From: a virus
Lineage: Duplodnaviria; Caudoviricetes
Virus record (IMG/VR): IMGVR_UViG_3300049135_000042
Location: 1 to 41,745 of that record
Length of the DNA: 41,745 nucleotides
Strand: one strand, 5' to 3'
The notes below the pieces were generated by a model. That model was not told where the DNA came from. It saw only the letters and a list, made by a program, of their open reading frames with translations, and did no database searches. Below, in pieces: positions 16,545 through 25,760 of the stretch. Numbering within the stretch: position 1 is the first letter of the stretch; every line of letters begins with the position of its first letter. Both the position numbers and the translations under genes were made by a program.

Positions 16545-17516
16545 TCAGTCGGTCGTGAAGCCGCAGGCGTCGACCTGGAGCGATGCACCCGCGCCAGTGA
16601 GGTCCACGAACTGGATCAGTCCGTCAGTGCCGAGCACCACGCGGACGGCCGTCCCGTCAGAGAACGTCATCGTGGACCACCGCGACATCGCCGTCGGTCG
16701 GCACCCGATCCCTGAGGGGACCCGCGCCGGGGTGTGGGTGCCGACCGCAGGATTTCCGGAGGCCGGCCGGACAGCGCCGCGGAACCCGACGCTGGTCCCG
16801 ACCCGGCGCACGCTCGCGGTGCGCCCGGGCACGTGCTCCCACCCCAGCTGGGGAATCAGCGAGACCCAGCCCGTGTCGAAGACGGTCACGCCCGTGGCGT
16901 TGGGCGGGCTCCACTCCTGGACCCAGTCCACGGCAGAGCCCACGACGTCCCGACGCCACTTCGTGCCCGCACGTGTCGCCGTGTCGCCGAGCGGTGCGTT
17001 GGCCGGGAGCGAGGCACCCGCGGGAACGAGGTGATGGTGGCCGATGCGGGACCGCAGGTCGGTCACGATGGCCTCGTTCAGCCCCTCGCCCTCGATGCGG
17101 CGGATCGCGTACAGCAGCAGGTCCCGCGTGCCCGTCGGGTTATACGAGGCTGCGGGCAGCGCCGTCGAGCCTTCCGTGCCCTGGATGCGGTACAGCTCGA
17201 GGTTCGTGGGTCCGGTCGTGAGGCGGCCCACGATGAGGTCCGTGCGCCCCGCCGTGCCGCCACCACTCGAAGCCGGGACCGATAGCGACTGTGAGGTCGC
17301 AGCGGGGACCTCGAGGCCGAAGCCGTCGACCACGAGACGCGACGGGATCGTCGGCGAACCGATCTCCACCGTTGACCCCTCAGGAGGCTTGGTCAGACCG
17401 AACGCCGACCCGTCGGTGTCGCAGACGATGCCGGTGCGGCCGGCGAACGCGGCGCGCCACCCACGGTCGGTGAAGATCTCGTTGAACTCGGGCTCGAATA
17501 CCTGTACGTCAGCCAT
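16545..17516 (-). CDS. minor tail (baseplate) protein
   Basis: RTDLIVGRL segment and DTGW...VRRVG..V.FRG C-terminal module typical of actinophage minor tail proteins. Confidence 0.75.
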   Translation of the reverse strand: MADVQVFEPEFNEIFTDRGWRAAFAGRTGIVCDTDGSAFGLTKPPEGSTVEIGSPTIPSRLVVDGFGLEVPAATSQSLSVPASSGGGTAGRTDLIVGRLTTGPTNLELYRIQGTEGSTALPAASYNPTGTRDLLLYAIRRIEGEGLNEAIVTDLRSRIGHHHLVPAGASLPANAPLGDTATRAGTKWRRDVVGSAVDWVQEWSPPNATGVTVFDTGWVSLIPQLGWEHVPGRTASVRRVGTSVGFRGAVRPASGNPAVGTHTPARVPSGIGCRPTAMSRWSTMTFSDGTAVRVVLGTDGLIQFVDLTGAGASLQVDACGFTTD

Positions 17517-17517
17517 A

Positions 17518-18705
17518 TCAGTAGCTCCTTTCGAGCCGGGCCATGCGCAGGAGCAGCCGGTTGACGCGGGCCGCTTCCTTAGTGGATCGGGACTCGGACC
17601 CGGGGGTGCCGATCACGATTCGGGGTTCGGCCGGCTGCCCGTTCTCGATGCGCGTGTGGGCCTCGCGGACCGTGTTGTCCACCGGCGCCGGGCGCCCCGC
17701 GAGCTCGACGCCCACCCGGGAGCCGACGTCGTAGTCCGTGCGGTACCTGGTGTCCGGGCCCTCGGCCACGGTGAACTCGACGCTGGTCGGCGAGGCGCTC
17801 TCCGCGAGGCGCTCGGTCAGGGCGTCGGTGATGTCGTCCACGTCGTCGGTCTGGCGCTGGTCGATCAGGAGCTCTGAGCGATACCCCCACAGGGAGACCG
17901 CAGCCTCGTCGGACAGGCGCGTGGCCTGCCGCGCTTCTTTCTCGCCAGCGGAGAACGCGATCACGTCGGTGGCCTCGGCGGCCTCGAGACGGTACCGGTA
18001 CGTGCCGACGAACCCTGTGGCCCGTGCGACGCCCGGGGTGCCGAACACGACGTTCTGGGAGACGTCCTGCACCTCGTCGATCGTCAGCAGCAGGCGGGGT
18101 GTCCCGGTGGACTCGTCGTGCACGACCCGCACGCGCAGGCCCGCGCCCTCGGCGAGCTCGGCCACCAGGTCACCCAGGACGTCCATGCGGGCCTTGCGCG
18201 TCGTCGTCCCGCCGCGCCCCAGGGAGGACGGCAGGACCAGGCCGGACAGGCGCCGGTTCGTGATCGGCGCGGCGGGCCCGAGGTGGGCGCCGATGTACGC
18301 CAGGATCAGGTCTTCGCGTGTGCCCGTGCGCGTGTCGTGGGAGACGTCAAACTCGGACGGCGTGGACGTGATCGCGTGCGTCGGGTCGGGGTAGCAGTGG
18401 CGTCCCCAGAGCGGCTTGTTGTCCTCGATGAACCCGACCGTGGTCTTGTCGATCAAGACGCCCTCGTCGTTGTACTCGTACACCCGCTCGACGAGCCGGG
18501 TCCGCCCCGAGACGACCTGGTTGTGGCCATCGAAGAGAATGCATCCCGTGTTCGCGGTGAACATCGGCAGCGAGTCCCCAGGGGCCTCCAGCACCCACGT
18601 GCCGGGCAGGTTGTGCCGCTCCACCAGGTCCAAGGACGTGTAGTGGGCGATGGGGTCAGCGGTCCGGGTGAGATCCCCGTTGCGGGGGTGGATCGTCCAG
18701 GTCAC
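17518..18705 (-). CDS. minor tail protein (ReqiPepy6 Gp37-like / Tal)
   Basis: Start MTWTIHPRNG (GTG overlapping the Dit stop); ERHNLPGTW and YRTDYDVGSRV motifs; follows Dit. Confidence 0.8.
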   Translation of the reverse strand: MTWTIHPRNGDLTRTADPIAHYTSLDLVERHNLPGTWVLEAPGDSLPMFTANTGCILFDGHNQVVSGRTRLVERVYEYNDEGVLIDKTTVGFIEDNKPLWGRHCYPDPTHAITSTPSEFDVSHDTRTGTREDLILAYIGAHLGPAAPITNRRLSGLVLPSSLGRGGTTTRKARMDVLGDLVAELAEGAGLRVRVVHDESTGTPRLLLTIDEVQDVSQNVVFGTPGVARATGFVGTYRYRLEAAEATDVIAFSAGEKEARQATRLSDEAAVSLWGYRSELLIDQRQTDDVDDITDALTERLAESASPTSVEFTVAEGPDTRYRTDYDVGSRVGVELAGRPAPVDNTVREAHTRIENGQPAEPRIVIGTPGSESRSTKEAARVNRLLLRMARLERSY

Positions 18706-19634
18706 CAGAGCCCCCTGTGTAGTCCACGCCACGTCAGCCGGAGCAGCGTCGCCGGGGTGGCTCCCGGTGCGGCGACGTCCACGAGCGTGGTGCCGAGACC
18801 GAACGGCACCAGGCGGGAGTCCAGGCTGAGCGACCCAGCGGCCGGCGCACCGTCGAGGCGGATCGACTTCCGGCGCGGGTCGGTGACGATCCGCAGCGTC
18901 TCCCCACCGGGCACGCCCTCGGGCACGGAGATCCGCAGGCCAGAGTTGGCCGTGATCAGCACGGATTCTGCCGGGCCCGTGATCTCGATCGTCGGGTAGA
19001 CCGGCACCGCAGAGGCCATGTTGACCGGGGTGTTCGACCCTGCGACCGCAGAGGTGGACAGGTGAATCGATCCCCACAGGCCACCCAGGAACGGCGCCGT
19101 GTCCTGCTCGAGGATAAACGGCTGGGTCTGCTCAGACCGGTCCTCAGCGAACGGCTGCGGAGCGACGAGGTCCAGGACCCGGTTCTGTCGAACCTGGGAC
19201 GGCTGACCGTCACCCTCCAGCCCACCCTGGTAGACCAGTCCAATTTGCCGTGTGCCCCGCGGCGAGGTGGCCACTAGGCGGAAGTTACCGTCCGGGCCGA
19301 CGCCGTTGGTCGGGTCGGTGATGTCCAGAATTCGCTGGATCGCGTCCCAGGTCTGCACCCAGGACTCGCCGCCGATCGTCACGGGCAGGAGCACATGGCG
19401 TGGCAGGGTCGTCACGTCGGTCAGCATGGCGCCGGCCATGTCGGGAGCGGCTGACAGATAAGTACTGACCGGGGGTGCGTCCAGCCCGACGGCGCCTGCG
19501 CGCCATCGGACCGGGCCTGAGGAGAGCTCCACGCGCTGGGTGCCGTCCCACGACTCCAGCCACATCAGGACGTCGGGTGTGCGGACTGGTGCGACGACGG
19601 TTGGGCGCGGCGATACCAGAACGAGGAACGACAT
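18702..19634 (-). CDS. distal tail protein (Dit)
   Basis: Directly after the tape measure; GLDAPP, APQPF, VYPTIEITGP motifs. Confidence 0.8.
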   Translation of the reverse strand: MSFLVLVSPRPTVVAPVRTPDVLMWLESWDGTQRVELSSGPVRWRAGAVGLDAPPVSTYLSAAPDMAGAMLTDVTTLPRHVLLPVTIGGESWVQTWDAIQRILDITDPTNGVGPDGNFRLVATSPRGTRQIGLVYQGGLEGDGQPSQVRQNRVLDLVAPQPFAEDRSEQTQPFILEQDTAPFLGGLWGSIHLSTSAVAGSNTPVNMASAVPVYPTIEITGPAESVLITANSGLRISVPEGVPGGETLRIVTDPRRKSIRLDGAPAAGSLSLDSRLVPFGLGTTLVDVAAPGATPATLLRLTWRGLHRGLW

Positions 19635-19642
19635 CGAGCCCC

Positions 19643-22093
19643 CTAGAGACTAAGTAGCTCGGCGTGGCGGATGGCCCCGACGACCGTCTGGCCGGTGACC
19701 TTGTCGCCGTAGTTGTTGATCACGGGCGCGTACGTCGTCGACGAAGGTGCGGCGTTCCCGCCAGACGACATGAGTGCCGCCGTCTGTGGCGCGGGAATCA
19801 CCGTCCCCGCCTGGGCGAAGCGGACCAGTTCTGGCCCCTGCTCCCCGACGAGGACGTCGCCGTACTCAGGTCCGACGGGACCGCCGGACGCACGCTTCGT
19901 GACGTACTGCGACGGACCCTCGCCGATGACCTGCAGGATCGAGGTGATTGTCACGGTCTTCTGCGACGGGATGGCGTCGATCTCACCCTTGATCCCTCGG
20001 GCCTTGGCGGAGGCGTTGTCCTGCAGGTTGGCCTCGGTCAGGACCTTCTTCGGGATCAAGCCGTACCTGTCAGCCAGCCTCCCGGCCTCGGCCCTCGTCA
20101 GCCCCATAGCCTCCATCTGGTCGATGAATGCTCCACGAGCTGACTCCACGCGCCCACGCAGAGACTTCTGTCCCTCGCCGGCCGCCGCTGCGGCAGAAAC
20201 CTGGTCGTACAGGCTGTCGCGGACGGCGCGGACCTGTCCGTCCAGGCGCTTGCCGGTCTTGGTGGTCGTGTCGAACTGGCCGTTGAGTACGCGCACCTGC
20301 AGCTGCGAGCCGTCGGCCGCATAGCCCACGCCCGCGATCTCGCCAGCCAGCCGGTTCGTGGCGTCTGATAGAGCGGCGTTCTTGATGAGGCCGTCGCCGA
20401 GGTGGTTGAGCTTGTCCTGTGCTGGGTCCAGGCCGTTCTCGATCAGGTTGGTGCGGATCGCGTCGGCCGTCACCTCGGTGCCCTCGTCGAACTTGCCGAG
20501 GTTGTCGACGGCGTCCGCAGCCCAGTCACGGAACGCCTTGCTCTCCTGGTCACCGGGCAGGGCGAGGTCGATCGACGTGGCCAGTTCGGACATGCCTAGG
20601 ATCAGCGGGCCCAGCGAGCCCCCGAAGTCGCCGAGCGCCTCGATGCCCGACGCCGCGCCATCGACGACCGCGCGCCCGAAGTCGATCGCCGCGTTGGCGG
20701 CGTCGAACAGGAACGTGACGACGGCCTCACGGTTCTCCGAGACGAAGGTTGCGAACCCCTCGATCTGGGGCGCGAACGCCTCAGCCAGGGCACCCTTGAT
20801 GCCGTCCCCTGCGAGTTCGATGCTCCGCTGGGCGGACGCGATGGCGCCTGCCGTGTTGTCACCCAGGGTGTCCAGGGCGGACTGTGCGGCACCCTCGACG
20901 GCGCCGAGCTGGCCGACGGCACTTGACAGGTCCATCGCGAGCAGCGCGGCACCGAGATCTTCGGCCTGGGTGCCGAACAGGGCGACGGCCGCCGCGTCGC
21001 GCTTGGCCGGGTCCTCGATCTTGCGCAGTCCGTCGAGTACCGCGTCCAGGCCTTCGGCAGCCTTGGGGCCGCCCGCGGCGATCTGGTCGCTCATCTTCTC
21101 GGCGTTCAGGCCGACAGCCTCGAACCCCTCGGCCGATAGCTCAGACCCGTCGACAGCGCGGATCGAGAACTCCTTGAGTGCGTCTGCTGCGACGTCGGTG
21201 TCGCGGGCGCCGGCCTTGACCGCCTGCGACATCAGTCCGAGTGCCTCGGGGCCCTCCAGCCCGATCTTGCGGAACTGGGTGCCGTACTCGTTGAAGGTGT
21301 CCAGCAGGTCCTCGGACACGTTGAGGCCTGCCTGCTGCCCCTTGATGATCAGGTCGAACGCGCCCTGAGCGTCCTTCGCGAGACCGGTGCGCAGAATCTG
21401 CGCAGTGGCTCGGGCCACGTTGGGGATGTCCTCGCCCAGGATGTCGGCCACGCCAGACAGCGACTGGATGACCGCCTGCGCGTCACGCTGGGTCGCCTCA
21501 GGGTCGAGGAGGCCGGACTGCACGGCGATCCGCGCGGTGTCCATGTTCGCCGCGATGGACTCTCCGAAGTTTCCCGCGTACGCCTCGCCAGCCGCTGCGC
21601 CCAGGCGTGCCACGGTGGCCTCGTCGAGGCCCGTGGCGGCCGCTAGGCGGTCCGCCCGCACCTCGACGGCTAGGCCGTCCTGGAAGCCCTGCACGACAGC
21701 CTCGCCCGCCGCTGCGGCGATGCCCACGATGGCGCCCGCGATCGGGATAGTCGCCAGGGCACCGACGATGCCGGCCGCCATGTTCTTGCCGGAGCGCCCG
21801 CCGCCGTCCTCGCCCGCATCGTCAGCCTTGTCCGCCAGGCCGTCGAGCGCGTCCTCGGCCGGGGAGACATCCGCGTCCACGGTGATCTCGGGACGGGACG
21901 ACTCCAGGCGGCCAGCCCCGGACTCGACCTTGTCCATGCCCGCCAGCGCGTCCTGCACGTTGGCGTCGACCTGGACCGTGGGGCGCGCGCCCTCGATTTG
22001 CCTGTTCCGGGTCTCGACCCGGTCCGCAGCCTGATCGAAGTCCTTCACGTCACCGGTGAACCGGGACTCCAGCTCCGCTACGACGAGGGCCAT
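19643..22093 (-). CDS. tape measure protein
   Basis: 816 aa, Ala/Gly-rich; DLLDTFNEYGTQF..GARDTD.AADALKEFSIR core; C-terminal RASGG..VGEQGPE. Confidence 0.93.
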   Translation of the reverse strand: MALVVAELESRFTGDVKDFDQAADRVETRNRQIEGARPTVQVDANVQDALAGMDKVESGAGRLESSRPEITVDADVSPAEDALDGLADKADDAGEDGGGRSGKNMAAGIVGALATIPIAGAIVGIAAAAGEAVVQGFQDGLAVEVRADRLAAATGLDEATVARLGAAAGEAYAGNFGESIAANMDTARIAVQSGLLDPEATQRDAQAVIQSLSGVADILGEDIPNVARATAQILRTGLAKDAQGAFDLIIKGQQAGLNVSEDLLDTFNEYGTQFRKIGLEGPEALGLMSQAVKAGARDTDVAADALKEFSIRAVDGSELSAEGFEAVGLNAEKMSDQIAAGGPKAAEGLDAVLDGLRKIEDPAKRDAAAVALFGTQAEDLGAALLAMDLSSAVGQLGAVEGAAQSALDTLGDNTAGAIASAQRSIELAGDGIKGALAEAFAPQIEGFATFVSENREAVVTFLFDAANAAIDFGRAVVDGAASGIEALGDFGGSLGPLILGMSELATSIDLALPGDQESKAFRDWAADAVDNLGKFDEGTEVTADAIRTNLIENGLDPAQDKLNHLGDGLIKNAALSDATNRLAGEIAGVGYAADGSQLQVRVLNGQFDTTTKTGKRLDGQVRAVRDSLYDQVSAAAAAGEGQKSLRGRVESARGAFIDQMEAMGLTRAEAGRLADRYGLIPKKVLTEANLQDNASAKARGIKGEIDAIPSQKTVTITSILQVIGEGPSQYVTKRASGGPVGPEYGDVLVGEQGPELVRFAQAGTVIPAPQTAALMSSGGNAAPSSTTYAPVINNYGDKVTGQTVVGAIRHAELLSL

Positions 22094-22097
22094 GCGG

Positions 22098-22786
22098 TCA
22101 CCCCCCGAGGTTCTTGCGCAGTCGCGAGCTGGGCTCGGCGAGCAGGCGGAAAATCAGGCCACGCAGGGCGGGCCAGGGCTGCTCGAAGATCCGGTCTGGG
22201 GCGATGTGGAAGATCGCCGCGAGATCGGCTACGACGAGGGGCCAGCGGGTGAGGATGTCCCACCAGTCGACGGAGTGGCCGGGGCCCTGCCCGCCGCCTT
22301 GCGCGAGGCGCTCCGGCGGGGGGTCGTACCGCTCGTAGAGGCCCGTTTCCGGGTCGTACTCGCCGCGTCCGACCTCGTTCCAGTCCTCGATGCTGTCGAG
22401 GGCGCCTTCGCTTTTGGGCCCTTCTCACCGGCCGCCGTGGCGTCGATGTACTGCTGCGCCCGGGCCTCGCCTTGCACCCAGGCGATCAGGGCGATGGTGA
22501 GGAGGTGACCGCGGACCGGGATCGGCACATCGTCAGCCTCCAGGCGGGCGGCGACCTTCTTGCCGAAGCCCACAATCTCCTGGGAGTCCTCGCCGACGGC
22601 CGCCGCGATCGCCGCGGTCCGCTCCTCGCTGTCCGGCCTGCCGACGGCCGCAAGCAGCATCGCGCACCGCAGGCGCCGCGCCGGCCCCGGCGGCGGGATG
22701 ACATACTCGACGCCCTCCCACGGCAAGGTGATCGAGTCCTTGGCCTCGATCACCTTGAGGTGCTCGGTCAGGCCGGAGAGTTCCAT
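22098..22786 (-). CDS. tail assembly chaperone, -1 frameshift product (G-T)
   Basis: Slippery C-CCA-AAA at 22412-22418. The -1 frame reads SEGALDSIEDW...WWDILTRWPLVVADL...WPALRGLIFRLL..SRLRKNLGG to TGA at 22098, just before the TMP start. Confidence 0.85.
22229..22786 (-). CDS. tail assembly chaperone (G)
   Basis: Between the major tail and TMP genes; low-complexity Ser/Thr/Arg tail after the slippery site. Confidence 0.85.
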   Translation of the reverse strand: MELSGLTEHLKVIEAKDSITLPWEGVEYVIPPPGPARRLRCAMLLAAVGRPDSEERTAAIAAAVGEDSQEIVGFGKKVAARLEADDVPIPVRGHLLTIALIAWVQGEARAQQYIDATAAGEKGPKAKAPSTASRTGTRSDAASTTRKRASTSGTTPRRSASRKAAGRAPATPSTGGTSSPAGPSS

Positions 22787-23301
22787 CAGGCGCGGCCCAC
22801 GAACGGGTTGCTACCGAGGCGTACAGCCGGCCCCTGGCCGGTGATCGTGACGGCCTTGCGCTCCAGGTTGCCGTCGTCGACCGGCACGAGGGCGACGGTG
22901 CCGACACCCTCCCAGGCTCCCGAGGGGTCGCCCACGGTGCCGGTCTTGGGCGCGTTGTACCAGCGCACGCGGACCGTGGCCGCCGAGCCGACGGCGTCAC
23001 CGAACGCGGCGTCGAGGATCGCGTACTCGTCCACGAGCTCCTGCGTCGCCGAGAGGCGCGCGAAGATCGTGCGGAACGCGAGGACCCAGGACCACGCCGA
23101 TACGTCCTGGTTGGCGGCGCCGAGGTCGTCGTTCGTCTGCGCGTTGTCCAGCACCGGGGTCATCGTCGGGACGATCTGGTCGCAGCGGCGGATCGTGATG
23201 AAAGCGCCCGCACCCGCCTCGGCCGCGGCATCCCAGATGTCGATCAGGTGCTCGTATCGGCGGCCGTACTCAGCGGTGGCAGGCAGGTTGGAGTCGTACA
23301 T
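22786..23301 (-). CDS. major tail protein
   Basis: Synteny; VRVRWY...AWEG...ITGQG tail-tube pattern. Confidence 0.8.
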   Translation of the reverse strand: MYDSNLPATAEYGRRYEHLIDIWDAAAEAGAGAFITIRRCDQIVPTMTPVLDNAQTNDDLGAANQDVSAWSWVLAFRTIFARLSATQELVDEYAILDAAFGDAVGSAATVRVRWYNAPKTGTVGDPSGAWEGVGTVALVPVDDGNLERKAVTITGQGPAVRLGSNPFVGRA

Positions 23302-23305
23302 GGGA

Positions 23306-23713
23306 TCAGCCCTCCGGGGTGACGAGATAATTCAGGGTCAGCTCGGTGCGGCGGTTGCCATCTGCGCCGAGAGGAAGCGGGCCGGATGCCCACTCGGACG
23401 AGAGCCCCTGCGTGCGGGGCATGCGGGCGAACACGGCGTCCACCGCGTCGGCGAGGTCATCGGCCGACTTCGGGTCGCCCGGCTTGCCACGGACACGGAC
23501 CTGCACCAGGCGGGCGCCGCGGTAGTCGTCGTTCGTCAGGGGTCCCGTGCCGCCGTAGCGGGTGATGCCCACGGCCTGGTCCGGCGAGGTGCCGATCGGG
23601 CCGTAGAAGACCCCCACAACGTTGGCTGGGATGGGGCCGGACGGGTTCCATACGCCGACTCCGGCCGTGTTGAGGATCTCGGCCATGGCCACAATCAGGT
23701 CGGAGTCCTTCAA
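23306..23713 (-). CDS. tail terminator
   Basis: TTG start after GGGGGTGA; PDQAVGIT.Y, VQVRVRG, LGADGNRR.E...NY. Confidence 0.8.
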   Translation of the reverse strand: MKDSDLIVAMAEILNTAGVGVWNPSGPIPANVVGVFYGPIGTSPDQAVGITRYGGTGPLTNDDYRGARLVQVRVRGKPGDPKSADDLADAVDAVFARMPRTQGLSSEWASGPLPLGADGNRRTELTLNYLVTPEG

Positions 23714-23769
23714 TGGATCACCCCCTGCATCCGTATGCGCGCGGGCGCGCGAGTGGCACCATCGCTGGC

Positions 23770-23973
23770 ATGAAGAACTGGAAAAAGTGGGCCATCTGGG
23801 CCCCGGTCGCCGCCTGGGTTCTGCTCGTGGTGGCGATGTTCGTGTCCGAGGACGTGCTGCTCGCCGTCGGCTGGACCACGCCCGTGTTTCTGCTGTTCCT
23901 GGGCGGGGCCGCGGTGATCGTCGCGGCGGCCGTGAAGTACCTGCGGAAGCCGGCACCCAGCCGCGAGGACTAG
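23770..23973 (+). CDS. small two-TM membrane protein, antisense moron
   Basis: MKNWKKWAIWAPVAAWVLLVVAMFV...LLFLGGAAVIVAAAVKYLRK; fills the gap between two neck genes. Confidence 0.75.
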   Translation: MKNWKKWAIWAPVAAWVLLVVAMFVSEDVLLAVGWTTPVFLLFLGGAAVIVAAAVKYLRKPAPSRED

Positions 23974-24305
23974 CCGAGCTTGCGGCGGATCGCGGCGCTG
24001 ATGATCCGCTCCACCTCGGCGATGCTCTCGAGGCTGGCCGACTCCAGGAACTTCGCCTGACCGGTCGGGTGACGAGCGGTCAGGTTCTCGTGGACGGGTA
24101 CGGCGTAGTCGAGGTCAGAGACGACCGCGGACTGCAGCTCGCTCTCCGTAGCGGGCACGACGGTCTGCGAGGAACGCAGGTCGCCGTACTGGATCGGAGT
24201 CCGTGCGACAGATACGCCACGCACGTGCTCTGCCGACAGGTTCAGCCCATCGGCCATGCCTTGCCGGGCGAGCGCGACCAGCTCGGCCGCCGACGTGGTC
24301 GTCAT
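23970..24305 (-). CDS. neck protein (HK97 gp10-like)
   Basis: TPIQYGDLRSS, YAVPVHE, GQAKFLE motifs. Confidence 0.8.
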   Translation of the reverse strand: MTTTSAAELVALARQGMADGLNLSAEHVRGVSVARTPIQYGDLRSSQTVVPATESELQSAVVSDLDYAVPVHENLTARHPTGQAKFLESASLESIAEVERIISAAIRRKLG

Positions 24306-24314
24306 GACGGCCTC

Positions 24315-24629
24315 CTACTCCAGCGCCAGGTCGACGCCGTCCAGGTCGGGGTCACCGGTCTGCGGCTGGCTGCGGGTGATGACCTGCCGCTCGCCGTCCT
24401 CGCCGGGCAGCTGCACGAGCGAGCCGGGTGGCGCGACGGTGCCGGCCGGGCAGTAGACGGTCGCGGTGGACACGACCTCGGCGCCGTCGGGCCCGCGCAC
24501 ATGCCGCGAGGACTCGTCCACCAGGGCCTTGACCTCGACGGCGGGGGCGTAGACGTTGCCCATGCCGCCCGAGCCGGTCAGGGCGCGGATCGTGACCGTC
24601 TGGTCGTACCAGTCGTCCCAGACGCTCAT
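24315..24629 (-). CDS. head-to-tail stopper
   Basis: QTVTI...GSGGMG.VY..VRGPDGAEVVS...PPGS.V.LP; synteny. Confidence 0.8.
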   Translation of the reverse strand: MSVWDDWYDQTVTIRALTGSGGMGNVYAPAVEVKALVDESSRHVRGPDGAEVVSTATVYCPAGTVAPPGSLVQLPGEDGERQVITRSQPQTGDPDLDGVDLALE

Positions 24630-25048
24630 CCGTAGACCCTGACGCCGCGGAACAGCCCGAGGTCGGTGAGGTACCCCATGGCCTCGTCGGTCAGGCCGCT
24701 AGCCGCCTGGGCGCGTGCCGCGGCGGACTGCTCAGCGCCGGCGTAGGACACGGACCGGGGGCCCATGCCCTTCGACGCCACGACGCCGCTGGAACTCGCG
24801 ACCGTCGTCGGGTCGATGCCCGACGACACCCAGGTGGTGACCTGAGCGCACACGGCGTCGCGGAACCCCGCGAGCACATCGGTGTCCGACGGCTTCCCGG
24901 CGGCGTCGCTGTCGTAGAGCACCGTCCTGGTCGCGGTGCGCACCATCTGTGACGCCTTGGCGATCAGTCGCGCGACGTTGGCCGGTGGGCTGGTGAGCAG
25001 CCAGGGGTCGGCCGCGAGGTCGGCGGTGGTGGCGTAGACGAGGACCAT
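24626..25048 (-). CDS. head-to-tail adaptor
   Basis: MVLVYATTADL...LIAKAS..V...DAVCAQV...GPRSVSY; GGAGG RBS. Confidence 0.82.
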   Translation of the reverse strand: MVLVYATTADLAADPWLLTSPPANVARLIAKASQMVRTATRTVLYDSDAAGKPSDTDVLAGFRDAVCAQVTTWVSSGIDPTTVASSSGVVASKGMGPRSVSYAGAEQSAAARAQAASGLTDEAMGYLTDLGLFRGVRVYG

Positions 25049-25067
25049 GGGCACCTCCGGGGGGTGA

Positions 25068-25189
25068 TGGTGGGCGGGCGCAGGAGGGGTCGTCGCAGGG
25101 CCCGAAAGACCGGCAAGAGAAAGCCCCTGCCCACACCTTCGCGCGAGTTTCACGTGGGGTTGCCGGCGCGCGTTGACGCCCGCCCACCA
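25068..25189 (-). ncRNA. unclassified structured RNA element
   Basis: Perfect 13-bp closing helix with four internal complementary pairs, some crossing; G-U pairs favour the minus strand. Confidence 0.5.
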
Positions 25190-25196
25190 AGTTGGG

Positions 25197-25228
25197 GCGC
25201 GCGGGCGGAGGCAGGTCCGCCCGCGCGC
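25197..25228 (-). terminator. GC-rich hairpin after the Ig-domain gene
   Basis: GCGCGCGGGCGGA-N6-TCCGCCCGCGCGC, 13-bp stem, no U tail. Confidence 0.6.
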
Positions 25229-25232
25229 GGTC

Positions 25233-25760
25233 TCAGGCAGCCGTGACCGTGATTGCCGCGGTGTCGGTCTCGCCGCGGTAGGCGCCGGTGATGGTCGCCG
25301 AGCCAACGGCCACGGCGGTCACCATGCCTGCGGCGTCCACGGTCGCGACGGCCTCGTCGGACGTCGTCCACTCCGTGTCGCCGGTGACGACCTGGGTGGT
25401 CGTGGTGTCGAGCAGCGTCGCGGTGGCCGTGAGCTGCTCGGTGGCGCCGGCGACGACCGATGCCGCAGCCGGGGTGACGGCCAGGGACGCGATCTCGGCC
25501 TGGAACGACAGCATGTGCGCCGTCTCCGCCGCCTCCTGAGTGGCGGCCGTGCCGGACACGTCCCCCGGGGTGACCGGGTGCATGCCCTGCGATCCGTGGA
25601 TCTCGGGGGAGATCACGGTCGGGCCGTGCGGGTTGCCGAGCTCGCCCGGCTCGCCCGCGTTGGTGGGCGGCAGGTAGTCCACCGGCTGCGGGTCGACGGC
25701 CGCGTCACGCAGCGAGCTGCCGACCTGGACGTCGGTGACGGTGCGCGGGTCCGTGGTCAC
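25233..25760 (-). CDS. Ig-like (Big_2) domain virion decoration protein
   Basis: C-terminal SLAVTPAAASV..GATEQLTATA...WTTSDEAVATVDAAG.VTAVAVGSATIT. Confidence 0.8.
   Translation of the reverse strand: MTTDPRTVTDVQVGSSLRDAAVDPQPVDYLPPTNAGEPGELGNPHGPTVISPEIHGSQGMHPVTPGDVSGTAATQEAAETAHMLSFQAEIASLAVTPAAASVVAGATEQLTATATLLDTTTTQVVTGDTEWTTSDEAVATVDAAGMVTAVAVGSATITGAYRGETDTAAITVTAA

Noticed and set aside
15153-17516. Diversity-generating retroelement or invertible tail-fibre cassette
   Set aside because: No reverse transcriptase, invertase or TR/VR repeat pair was seen.
25095-25170. Plus-strand resemblance to a c-di-GMP-I riboswitch (GGCAA...AAAGCC...GGGGTTGCC), and hammerhead-like GAAAC on the minus strand
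   Set aside because: The GNRA-capped P2 hairpin is missing from the expected place and the orientation is antisense to the operon. There is no CUGANGA core and the hammerhead elements are in the wrong order.
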